A stretch of DNA of 63,705 nucleotides, filler included, from Chrysochromulina tobinii (Eukaryota), in assembly GCA_001275005.1 (NCBI GenBank). It is 6 parts of 6 records of this genome, joined end to end, with 100 filler letters (N's around TTAATTAATTAA, not from the genome) between each part and the next. Parts side by side here need not be neighbours in the genome. Positions count along the whole stretch, not along the records: positions 14,216 to 28,404 come from JWZX01001177.1; positions 28,505 to 31,772 come from JWZX01001179.1; 4 more parts are not named here. One strand, given 5' to 3'. Positions within the stretch are counted from its first letter, which is position 1. Each line of letters begins with the position of its first letter. The position numbers were made by a program, and so were the translations under genes. Under the pieces are notes generated by a model. It made no database searches. It was not told the DNA's origin and saw only the letters and a program-made list of their open reading frames with translations. Of this stretch, positions 21,167-31,872 are shown piece after piece.

Positions 21167-21292
21167 TCCAAATATGAAGACTTGTGAGACTGGATCACAA
21201 CGTGTGACGAGCAGGTTTTTCGGGGGGGGGGGTGTGAAGACCGGTGTCTTGGGTGTCGAATTCTAAACATTGGCTGTGAAGAAAATTCAAAG

Positions 21293-22069
21293 TTGTTGGC
21301 ATGGCCGCGATGGATAGCAAGGCCCATGTATTCTACCTCCTCCTCGGCATACGGCGCGTGGTACGGAGTCGCGTCCCTGCCGCCTCGCAATAAGATCGCG
21401 GAACCGCAGCTGGCGCTCCTCACCGCGCTCGCCAGCCCGGCGGCCCGGTCAGGCCCCACGCAGGGCGATGGGCTCATGGCAGCAAAGGCACGGCGGCAGG
21501 CGGCTCCTCCGCCACCTGCCGGTGGCCCGTGTGACAAGTGCAACGGACCGCATCCGACAAATCTCTGCCCCCATTTCAGACAGGAGCGCGACCAGCACGA
21601 GGATGCACAAGCCAGGCCGCCGCCCGAGGCGCAGGCGACCTCTTCGCCGCCTGCCATCGTCGACGGACGGCTGGTGCCACAGCCGGGTGACGGATCCTGC
21701 CTGTTCCACTCGCTCGCCCATTGCTTGGGCACCGACGCAGCTTCGCTCCGGAGCGAGGCCGCCTCCGCGATTGAGGCCAACCCCATGCTCGAGATCAGCG
21801 GATCCCCGTTGAGTAAGTGGATACTGTGGGATTCTGGAGTGTCCCCTACACAGTACGTGGCCAAATTGCGCTCACCGGGATTTTGGGGCGGTGCGCTCGA
21901 GATTGCCGTCTTGGCCGCGATGCTCGGCGTGCTAGTCTACGTCTACGAGCCAGCTTCCAGCCAGTTTAAGCGCATCGCCTGCTTTGGCAACGCAGATGAG
22001 TCCTCGTTCACAGCGGTCGCCCACATCGTGTACCGCGGCCGCTCGCACTATGACGCGCTCCAGATTTGA
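21293..22069 (+). CDS. OTU-domain deubiquitinase with N-terminal CCHC zinc knuckle (start codon uncertain)
   Basis: GDGSCLFHSL, WGGALEI and SHYDAL give the OTU catalytic motifs. CDKCNGPHPTNLC is the knuckle. Confidence 0.85.
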   Translation: MLAWPRWIARPMYSTSSSAYGAWYGVASLPPRNKIAEPQLALLTALASPAARSGPTQGDGLMAAKARRQAAPPPPAGGPCDKCNGPHPTNLCPHFRQERDQHEDAQARPPPEAQATSSPPAIVDGRLVPQPGDGSCLFHSLAHCLGTDAASLRSEAASAIEANPMLEISGSPLSKWILWDSGVSPTQYVAKLRSPGFWGGALEIAVLAAMLGVLVYVYEPASSQFKRIACFGNADESSFTAVAHIVYRGRSHYDALQI

Positions 22070-22127
22070 GCTCGCACTATGACGCGCTCCAGATTTGAGC
22101 TCGCACCACGACGCGCTCCAGATTTGA
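22041..22127 (+). repeat. 3 x 29-bp tandem repeat spanning the OTU stop codon
   Basis: GCTCGCACTATGACGCGCTCCAGATTTGA at 22041, 22070 and 22099 (2 mismatches). Confidence 0.95.
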
Positions 22128-22480
22128 GCGCAGCAAATCGTTCTATTGCATGGGGTCGCTCTGAGGGTCGCTCACCGTGCTATGCGTCTCCTCCGAGGCC
22201 AGTGCCCGAGAAGCGTGCAGCCCTAGGCCCCAAGCGTTCATCAACGTAGCCGCCGCAGTCAACCCCCTCAGTGGTGCAGGGGTCAGGTCGCCTTGCGCGC
22301 CGCCGATGACCCTCCAGGTTTGCGCCTCCACCATGAGCGCCCAATCTCTCATTAAGTCTCTATACTGTGTGCTGTTTGCTATTTTCATCCTATGTGCACT
22401 GTGTGCATGAGCATGCGCATACTACGTCGTATTAGTCTAAGGGTCTTTACTAAACAACAATGTTAACTTCCGATGTGTTT

Positions 22481-22996
22481 TCATCTCGCGTTCTGAGCCG
22501 CAGCCAGACGCGCGCCCTGCTGCCGACGCAGCTGCTCCCGCAGCAGGTCCTGGAGCTGTAGTCGCGTGAGGGTGAAGCCATCGCCAAACTCATCGAGCAG
22601 CTTACTCACCACCTCGGGGCGCACCTTGTGCTGCTCCTGGGTGAGGAAGTTTACCATTGACTTGCGGGTCACCCGGTTCTGAGTGCCGCCACCAAACAGG
22701 TCAAAGCTGCGCAGCAGGGCGTACTGCTTCGAGAGGCGGAGCTCGGCACCCGAGCTCGTTGCAGCCTGCGCCTGGGCGTAATAGCCGTCGAGCCACACGA
22801 GCAGGTCGTCCCGGCTCACAGGCGACGCTCCAGGGTCGTCTCTGTGGGTCGGCGCCTCCATGTGGAAGCCTAAGCGCGCGCAGATGTGCCGCGCCGACTT
22901 TGGGTCGATCAGCCCGTCTCGGTCGGTGTCGAGCAGGTCGAATAATGCGAGCACCTCCTTCGATTGGGTGTCGGTCAGGTTGGCCAGTCCGTGCAT
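22481..22996 (-). CDS. EF-hand protein
   Basis: LFDLLDTDRDGLID loop, calmodulin-like size, other hands degenerate. Confidence 0.7.
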   Translation of the reverse strand: MHGLANLTDTQSKEVLALFDLLDTDRDGLIDPKSARHICARLGFHMEAPTHRDDPGASPVSRDDLLVWLDGYYAQAQAATSSGAELRLSKQYALLRSFDLFGGGTQNRVTRKSMVNFLTQEQHKVRPEVVSKLLDEFGDGFTLTRLQLQDLLREQLRRQQGARLAAAQNAR

Positions 22997-23381
22997 TCGC
23001 ACGAGTTGAACCTGAATCGCGAAGGAAGGTGTGTGAATTGGCTGTTAATACTCGCGCCGTCGTTCAGCGTTCAGGCTTCAGCGTTCAACACCTACGGCAT
23101 GCTACTATACAGTACGAATTATACTCCTAAGAAGAAAACCACCTCGGTACCTACTACATGTGGCGACAGAACACCCAGCGTTCGCACTAGTTGTATCGGA
23201 TGGCGATGGGCGCGTTATGATGGGCGTGATGAGCGTTGCAGCGCGGAGACTGTGCCGAGCAGCACGCCGAGCGCCGCACGAGTGGCAAGGCGCTCATAAC
23301 GGTAGTAGAAGCATGCTACGGGGTCATGGTACGGTGCGTCCCGAACGGGACGTCCTGGAGTACTAGCCATCACCGCTACCT

Positions 23382-24071
23382 CTACCAGTACCGGTAGCCA
23401 TAGTAGCTGCGGTAGCCGTAGTACGGGCGGGCAAACGGATCATAGTACGGGTCGTAGTAGTGGCCGTAGCGGTAGCCGAAGCGGTACGGCCGCACGTAGA
23501 CGGTCTCCGGAGGGCAAGCAAAGGCCATACCGGTGGATGCCACTGCGACAGCTTGAGGAATGGCCTGGGCAGTCGCATCCACCGGAGCCGCGGCGGCAGG
23601 AGCAGTCGCGTCCACCGGCGCCTCCACGGTCACGGGAGCAGCATCCTGCACAGTTGCCTCCACTGCCACGGGAGCATCCGCCACGTATTCTCGCGCCGTC
23701 ACCACGGCCGCGGGCTGCTCGGACGGCAAGTGGAAGGTGAGCGTCTCGCCCTCAAAGCCCTCGGGTACCTTGATCTCGACAAGGCCACGTGGCGTGTGCA
23801 CGAAGATCGTATCGCCCGGATTCGTGCCCGCAGGGATCGGGCAGCTCATGATCTCGCGGCCCCCAGCCATGAGGAGCCGCGAGGCTGCCTGGTTCAGGTT
23901 ACCATCGCAGTCCCGGAGCACACGCTTGCATGCGTCGCGCCGCGCTCCCGTGAAGGATTCCAGCTTGTTGACAGCGTCTTCCGAGATAAATACACCACCG
24001 TAATGCGCATACCGCGGTACGGCGGTCGAGTAGTAGTCGTGCGACCGATCGCGGCTCATACAGTCCCCCAT
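23382..24071 (-). CDS. Protein with UBA-like segment and Tyr/Gly-rich C-terminus, possible N-acylation (MGDC)
   Basis: AVNKLESFTGARRDACKRVLRDCDGNLNQAASRLL is UBA-like. CPIPAGTNPGDT..VPEG motif and YGYRYW tail. Confidence 0.6.
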   Translation of the reverse strand: MGDCMSRDRSHDYYSTAVPRYAHYGGVFISEDAVNKLESFTGARRDACKRVLRDCDGNLNQAASRLLMAGGREIMSCPIPAGTNPGDTIFVHTPRGLVEIKVPEGFEGETLTFHLPSEQPAAVVTAREYVADAPVAVEATVQDAAPVTVEAPVDATAPAAAAPVDATAQAIPQAVAVASTGMAFACPPETVYVRPYRFGYRYGHYYDPYYDPFARPYYGYRSYYGYRYW

Positions 24072-24263
24072 CGTGGAAAAGTTGGGACAAATAAGGCAAG
24101 GTAGGAAGAAATCAAGGAGAGGCTGTTCGTTTTCCCCTGAGAGCCGGGGTGAGCCTTTCATGGCCTTTCATCGAGCAACTCCAAAACGACGATTTCTCGT
24201 TCTCATCGCGGAATCGCCTCTCATCCCCACGGCGACCCTCGTGCGCGACGCGGCCCATTTGAA

Positions 24264-26134
24264 ATGCTCTGGAAACAGCCGCCGCCACCGCCGCCACCGC
24301 CGCCGCCCGCGTACGACGCCCTGGCCTTTGCTGCCGACACACTCGCCGCGCTCCCGCGTGTGCTGCTCTTTTATGCTGCCATCGTGGTGCTGCACGCTGC
24401 GTTGCCCTCGTTCAAGTGCGACGGCTACGCGTGCGATTGGAGTGGGCGGCCGCTTCGCTACCGGCTCAACGGGCCGCTCATCCTCGCGGCAACGGTGGCG
24501 ACCTGGGCCATGCTGCCGCTCGAGCAGCAAACGTTTGCCGCCGAGAAGTACTGGCCGTGCCTGTGCGCATCCAACGTCCTCGGGCTCCTGTTCTCGGTGC
24601 TGCTCCTCCTCTGGACGCCTCACGAGCCCGCGTGCCGCTGCCTGACGGTGGACCAGAAGGCGCTGCGCGATCGCGCCGCAAAAGGCGAGGACGTGTGCCG
24701 CACGGCGATCACACCCTCACCCACCCGCAGCGCCGCGGCGCACTTTTTCTTCGGTCGCTCCTTCAACCCACGCCTGATGGGCGACGTCATCGACCTCAAG
24801 ATGCTCCTGTATGCCGTGGGCGCATGCGCTCTCGTTTGGAACCTGCTCTCCGCAGCGGCGCTGCGCGAGCGCTCGACGGCCCTCCCGGGCGCTGTGCCGG
24901 GCGCTGCGGGCATCCCGACGGCGCTGCTCGTGTACCTCGCCATGTTTGGATGGTTCGTACTCGAATACATGTGCCTTGAGCTGGTGCATCTGTATACCTG
25001 TGCGTGGAGTGCCGTTGATGACCGCTGATGGCCTCGGAGTGCTCTCTGAGTGCCTCTGATTGCCACTGAGTGCCTCTGATTGCTCTCTGATTGCTCCCGC
25101 ACTTGGCCCTTCAGACGACATCATGTGCGAGAAGCTCGGGTTCAAGCTATGCTGGGGCTGCCTCCTCTTCTATCCGTTCTTCTACTGCATCGGCGTATGG
25201 CCACTCGTCGCGGCGCCAAGGTCACCCCACACCCTCACCCCACTCCCTCACCCCTCACCCCTCACCCTCACCCTCACCAGCCCTCGTCGCTGCCCCCCCA
25301 AGTCCGCCGTCCTCTGATGACCACTGATGCCCTCGGATGACCATCGATTGCCGCCCTCATCAGGTCCGCCGACATCTCGCCAGCTCTGATGACCACTGAT
25401 TGCCTCTGATGACCATTGATGCCCTCTGATGACCATTGATTGCCTCCCTCATCAGGTCCGCCGACATCTCGCCAGCATGCGCGGCGGCAATCGCGACGCT
25501 CTTCTTCGCTGGATGGGTACTCACTCGTGGCGCCAACCTCTGATGACCATTGATTGCCTCTGATGACCATTGATTTCCTCCCTCATCAGGTACTCACTCG
25601 TGGCGCCAACCTCCAGAAATTCGTCTACAAGCGCCGTTCCGAGCACCCATCTCGGGGCGATCTCGACGCGACCTGGCTCGGTCTGCCGATGCGCGTCGTA
25701 CCGGGCACCCGGCTCCTGTGCTCGGGCTTCTGGGGGCTCGCGCGCCACGTCAACTACTGCGGCGAGATCGTGCAGGTGGGCCCCTGATGGGATGGTCGGA
25801 TGACCACTGATGGCCTTCCTCATCAGGCCATCGCGGTGGCGCTGCCGGGCTCTCTGATGACCACTGATGGCCTCTTATGACCACTGATGGCCTCCCTCAT
25901 CAGGCCATCGCGCTGGCGCTGCCGGGCTCTCTGGTGGCCTTGTCGAGCCTCGAGGGCACGCCGCACTACTTGTACTACGTCCTCCTGCCGTGGCTGTACC
26001 CCCTGTACTACGTGGCCCTCTTCTTGCCACGCCAGATGGATGATGACGCTCAGCTGTGTGCAAAGTATGGCGAGGTGGCCTTTGCAGAGTACACGCGGCG
26101 TGTGCCGTACCGGGTCGTCCCCGGCGTGTGGTGA
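24264..26134 (+). CDS. ERG4/ERG24 (LBR/TM7SF2) family sterol reductase, 5 exons: 24264-24999, 25115-25220, 25456-25516, 25590-25775, 25904-26134
   Basis: GYACD..LRYRLNG, FFFGRSFNPR, HLYTYDIMCEKLGFKLCWG, RGANLQKF, SGFWGLARHVNYCGE and DDDAQLCAKYG..EYTRRVPYRVVPGVW. Four GT-AG introns restore a continuous frame. Confidence 0.9.
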
Positions 26135-26590
26135 GGACGGGCGGAAAGGGTGAACAACGGGTGAGCTCAATGGGGTGTGTGGACGTGTCGCGTGAGAGCT
26201 GGGACCGTGGGTGGGGGGGGACTCGTGCAAGTCGATGCTCACTTGAGGCAAGGAGTACGGGCACGGAACGGGCTGGCAACACGCCCGGTATAGCGCGTGC
26301 CTATCGTATTGAGTGCCATGGCGAGCGTCCGCGGCATTCTAAATATTCAACCACCTTAAGCTTAACGACGCTATCGCTCGTCCGAGAACGTGCGGTGCGC
26401 GGGGGCTGCCTGAACTTCCCCCTGAGGTGAAGGTCGGTCTTCTCCGATCTCCGACCCACTTCTGATCGCAGCGACACAAGACTTGACTTGACTTGTAGAC
26501 TTGACTTGACAAAGGTGTGCATGCATATTTCGTGTACATGTACGGCAAAAGGCGATTCTTTCTAGGAGCGAACGGCATTTGCGCAGAGAA

Positions 26591-28404
26591 ATGCCAGCAA
26601 CAATGGTGCGCTTACTGGTGCTTAGCTTCGTCGCCCTGGGCACGCGCGCCGAGAGCGCGACCACTCAACCCTTTTATGGGCCTAACCGCCGTGAGCTGCA
26701 GACCGCGGTAAGCACTACGGTAAGCACCGTCGCCGACCTGACCAGTACACTTACCAACCCAGACATCGGCCACATTGTCCTTGCCCCCGGCACCTACATC
26801 CTCAGCGCCGAGCTCAGCGTCACCAGGAGCGTCATCATCGAGGCGGCGGTGGCAGGCTCGGTCGTGCTGGATGCACAGGCCAGCGATGCCGATGGGAATC
26901 AGCGCCGTGTGCTGAACATAACCTTAGGCCCATCGGGCGTCGTTCAAGTCAACGGGCTCAACATCACGGGAGGCTACGCTGAGGAGGTGAGTGCCGAGGA
27001 GACCTGCAACTATCCCTATGCCCTTTTCGGGATGATCACATGTTTTTTGTTTTCGCACTTGTTGCTTGCAGGGCGGTGGTGTCTACGTCGAGTCAGGCTC
27101 AGTCACTTTCTACAGCTGTCAAGTGCTTGGCAACACAGCTGGCTTTGTGCGCGCGCATGTTCAGATCTTCCCTGATCGCCCTCATAATCGCCCTCATGGG
27201 AGGCTCACGTTTGGTCGTTTTGTTTGCAGGGCGGCGGTGTTGCCGTCCGCGGTAGTGCGACAGTCACGTTCGAATCGTGCAGCATCATTGGGAATACAGC
27301 TGGTTATACAGTGCGCGCTCATGTTCCAAAGTTCCTGTCGCCCTGGCTGCTTGCTGGAGTGTTCACATGTTTTGCGCTTGCGCTTGCAGGGCGGTGGTGT
27401 CGATGTGGTGGTACAAAGAGGCGGTACAGTTGCACTCAGCAGCTGCCAGATCTACTCCAATATATATACAGATCCCGAAGTGCGCGCTCATGTTCAAAGG
27501 GCCCTATTGTGACCTCTATGTGACCTCTATGTGACCTCCTCTGTGACACCTCCTCACGTATCCCTATCCCTGCCCAGGGGGCCGGGGCCAATGTCTATGT
27601 CGAATCTGGAAGCATCTGCACCTGGGCAACGACACTCGACCCCACCAGCGTCGGTGGCTCAGTCACACCTTGCCCAGCACCCCCTCCACCGTCGCCGCCG
27701 CCCTCGCCGCCCTCGCCCTCGCCACCGCCGCCCTCGCCCTCGCCCTCACCACCGCCGCCGCCCTCGCCGCCTTTCGCCGGTGGCATGTGCTCTTCCATCG
27801 ATGGCGGCGGCTGGTGTCTTGTGCGTCGCGTCCAACGGGGCGACACTTGGCACAGCGCGACTGATCAGCTGGTGGGCACGAATGTGTACGGGACCCCAGG
27901 AAGTGGGAGCTTCTCGATTCGGTTCGATCATCTGAACTTCAACCAGTTTTTGTTCTCGACGGGTGACTGCCAGAAGTGGCTGATTGCGACCAAGGATGCC
28001 GTGCTCGGCGATTTCTACGAGAACGAGCCACGGGCCATCCTCAAATCATCGATAAGCGCAACTCCATATACAGCCCGCTGGTACCGGCGCTTCTCGAACC
28101 CCGAGGATCCCTGGATCAGCTTGACTGACCAAGCTCAGGCGATCGACGCCGGCCAAATTGTGTACGGGGCGAATAGCTTTGGACTGACTCATGCTAGCGC
28201 TGTGCTGCCGCCCCATAATGGTGCCGATGTGTACATCCGAGGAACGTCGCCGATACTCTGCACGAGCACGCCATCGCCGCCGCCGCCCTCGCCGCCGCCC
28301 TCGCCCTCGCCCTCACCACCGCCGCCCTCGCCCTCACCACCGCCGCCTTCGCGCCCTCCCTCGCCACCGCCGCCCTCGCCGCCGCCCTCCCCGCCGCCCT
28401 CGCC
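26591..28404 (+). CDS. Secreted pectin-lyase/PMP-like beta-helix repeat protein with SPPP linkers, 3' end lost in gap (introns 26987-27071, 27147-27229, 27311-27389, 27480-27577)
   Basis: Signal peptide, IVLAPGTY and GLNITGG, then GGGVxV..F.SC.I.GNTA repeats each on its own phase-0 exon. A downstream GGGWCLVRR..EDPWISL domain follows. Confidence 0.8.
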
Positions 28405-28504
28405 NNNNNNNNNNNNNNNNNNNNNNNNNNNNNNNNNNNNNNNNNNNNTTAATTAATTAANNNNNNNNNNNNNNNNNNNNNNNNNNNNNNNNNNNNNNNN
28501 NNNN
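28405..28504. other. Artificial contig linker
   Basis: N-run + TTAATTAATTAA + N-run. Confidence 0.97.
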
Positions 28505-28564
<60 letters not shown>

Positions 28565-30490
28565 ACGAGGGTCGAGGGACGCCTGCTGGCAAAGTAGAGG
28601 CGTTCAGGCTGCAGGGATGCGGGCTCGCCGCCACACACCTCCTAGGAACACAGCGCCATCAAGTTAGTAAATCAAGGATTCGTGACAGTTAGTTTCACAT
28701 TCGCTGTATCCCTCCCACACTCTTCCCCTGGTGCTGCGTGCGCAGGTCCGCAGGAACCGAGGATTAGAAAGAAACCATCATACCGGTCTCAACCTAATGC
28801 GACAGAAAAGCTAGAGGCAGGTTAGGGTGGGTTTATTGCTCCACGCCTACCTTGACATGCCGCTCACAATCGCTGACCTTGCCCGAAGCGCCCGTCCCGA
28901 AACCAGCAGATTCCCTATGAAACGCGCACCGCTCCGCGACTCGCCCCAACGACATCAGCGCAGCACACCCCCGAGCTCCGAACCACAGATGCGACATGTC
29001 CTTCTTGACGACGACGTCGCGTTTTTCCGCCAAGGGAATTCCGCAAAATCGTTGCAGGATTGCAGACCTTGATTTTTGATGATTTCTGCGGAATCCTGAT
29101 TGACACCCGGAATCCATTGACTTATTACATGTAACTGACACCCTGCAACCGATATCCGCGCAGGAACCCAATCTCGTCACCGCCCCCCCCATCAGGGGGT
29201 GGACGCGGCCGGCTCCCCATAAGGGGTCGGTCACGACGAGGACCACCACGACACCGTCGACCTACGGCGCGACGCCCCCCCATCCGGGGGCGGGCCGTGA
29301 AACGCATTGAAAAATCCTCCCCAGGGTGGATGGTTTTTCCACAACCTCCCGAACTTCCCCTACGGAAAAGGGGGGTTCGATGTGTCGGGCTCTTTGGGTG
29401 TTTCCCCTCCCTCCGCAATGGCGGTTCGGACTCTGCTTTTCTTGCGAATCCAGGGCGGAATCGCGTGATCACATGGCCATGATCGCGCGCAACTCCGCCA
29501 GCACAAGCTCGCCAAGCGTCCTCGAGGGGCGGCGGCTGATGTCCGAGAGGCAGGCCAAGCTGCAAGGAGGACGAGATGGCGACTACGCCAAGCACCAGCT
29601 GCAAGGATAACGAGAAGGCGAAGCAACGTTTCGAGCGCACGAAGCCCACGGCCTTCGCCAAGTCCCACGAGTTCCACATCCTCCAGCATGCAGCAGGAAA
29701 GCGTTGCGCCGAACTTCATGATGAAATTCGAGCAGAGCGCTCGACACCATCGTCTTGCGACGGTGTCGAGTGCATATTTGCGTTCCCTGATGGGGGCGCG
29801 CCTTCGGGCGCGTCTGTGTGAACAGGTTCGACGCCGCCGTCGTCTCCACCGCCGCCGTCGCCATCGTCCCCCTCTACGCTGCTGCCGCCGCCGCCTCCAC
29901 CTCTGCCGCCGCTGTCGCCGCCCTCCATCACCGCCATCGTCGATCGCCACCTCCACCGCCGCCATTTGAGATGCCGACGCACACGTCGACCTCGCCGACG
30001 ACCTCGCCGGCGGCCTTGCCTTCGTTATGGCCTCCGCCACCGCCACCACCGTCGCCTCCGCCACCTTCGCCGCCGCTTCCCTCGCGTAGATGCATCCGAG
30101 CCCGTCATCACAACACCGTCGTTACTCGACTGCCGTCGTCGTCACGCGACGTCGGCGTCGAGTGACTTCTTTTGCGTACCCTTCGGGGGGCGCGCCAACG
30201 GGCGCGTCTGCCTACAACTGTTGGTGGAGGTGAGGGCGGTGGAGATGGCGGTGGCGGGACAGGTGGAGGCGGCGAAGGTGGCGGCGGAGGCGGCGGAGGC
30301 GGCGGCGAGGGCGGCTGCGGGTGACAGCGGCAGTGCCAGCGCCAGCGCGCGGCTCTGGCTGAGATTGGCAGACGGTGGCGGTGGTGCAGGCGCCCTTATC
30401 GCGGCGTACGAGCGCAAGCCGGAGGCCGTCATAAGGCCGCCACGGCGACGGACAAGGTACGCCGCCCCTCGCCCTTGCGTGCCCGCGTGC

Positions 30491-30803
30491 ATCAGTGCAT
30501 CAGAGGCAATCAGAGGGCAATCAGAGGGCAATCGTTTGCAATCAGTGGCAATCAGTGGCAATCAGAGGCAATCAGTGGTCAAAGGCTCCAGAGAGCTCAG
30601 CAGTGGCACTCAGAGGGCACTCAGAAGCAATCAGAGGCAAACAGAGGTCAATCAGTGGTCAATCAGTGGCAATCAGTGGCAATCGGTGGCAATCAATGGC
30701 TACTCAAAGGCACTCAGAGGCACTCAGAGGCCATCAGAGGCACTCAGACGCACTCAGACGCACTCAGACGCACTCAGACGCACTCAGACGCACTCAGACG
30801 CAG
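30491..30803 (-). repeat. Degenerate decamer array of about 310 bp (CTCTGATTGC/CACTGATTGC/GTCTGAGTGC on the minus strand)
   Basis: About 30 ten-base units, ending in a run of perfect GCACTCAGAC units on the + strand. Confidence 0.9.
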
Positions 30804-31772
30804 TCAACGCTCTTGCAAGCTTGAGCAAGTTCAACGCTCGGTGTGCACGAACCTCGTTCGAGGGCCAGCAACATCTCGTCTGTGTTCAAAGGTGGCCACC
30901 GTCGGCGCGGCAGCAGCAGCATCAGGACCGAACACCCCTGCGTGCTCGGCAGTGGATGCCCGCAGGTCCGTGGCTCCGCGCGAATGCATGTCGATGAGCA
31001 TCCTCATGTCCCATAGGCCGATCAGTACTTCGACCGTCACGCGACCGCTGTGGGCTAGGCGGATCGGGTTTAGTAAACGTTTTAACATCCCGGAGAGGAC
31101 CGAAAGGTCGTTTGGGACGGGTCCCAGCTGTTCCCAGCACACCCATGGGAAGTAAGGAACACACACACAACGAAACAGCGCCCTTTCCTTTGAAAATTCG
31201 CGAGAGTTGAGAATAACACGATGAAGTACTCTGTGGCACACGACACATACACATCGCTCGCGGAGCGACTGCGCTCCTCTCGGCGACCACCTGCGGCCAC
31301 ACTTCCGCTGAGAGCCGCGCGCAGCTCGGCCCGGAGCTATCGATAGTCGCCGGGAGCGTGGCCAGAGCCGAAGAACAACGCCCGTCCTGAAGGTTCTACC
31401 ACTGCGGTCAACTGGCCGCTCTCGACGTGGTCATGAGCAGCAAGTTGACGATATGTGATGGCGAGCTCAGGTGGCCGATTGTTCCTTCGATCAGCAGGCG
31501 ACCAAACGTAAGCAAGAGATGCTTCAGCAGGCGAAGATATGCATGGAATGGCGCCGCACATGCACATGGCGTGCAAGGAGGAGCAGGAGGACGGTGATGG
31601 AGAGGTGCGCGCGCGCTTATGGCAGCCACACCTTTCCCGGCGATAGATTCCGATACCGTGTGCAGCCTGAGCCACTCGGGACCACCAGCAAAGGGCGCCG
31701 AGGACGTACCGAGCCTAAAGGCCGGCCGCCATGAGAGAACGCCGAAACCAGATAGGAAATGACGAAGCTAAA

Positions 31773-31872
31773 NNNNNNNNNNNNNNNNNNNNNNNNNNNN
31801 NNNNNNNNNNNNNNNNTTAATTAATTAANNNNNNNNNNNNNNNNNNNNNNNNNNNNNNNNNNNNNNNNNNNN
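31773..31872. other. Artificial contig linker
   Basis: N-run + TTAATTAATTAA + N-run. Confidence 0.97.

Noticed and set aside
26477..26510. (GACTT)n pentamer runs here and at about 51025
   Set aside because: Short intergenic microsatellites with no further structure.
29479..29820. Coding-like fragments in shifting frames
   Set aside because: Short and interrupted with no identifiable family. Possibly a decayed gene or TE.
29966..31155. 343-aa and 226-aa plus-strand ORFs with SEAIRG/HSDALRRTQT repeats
   Set aside because: Translations of the decamer array on its stop-free strand.
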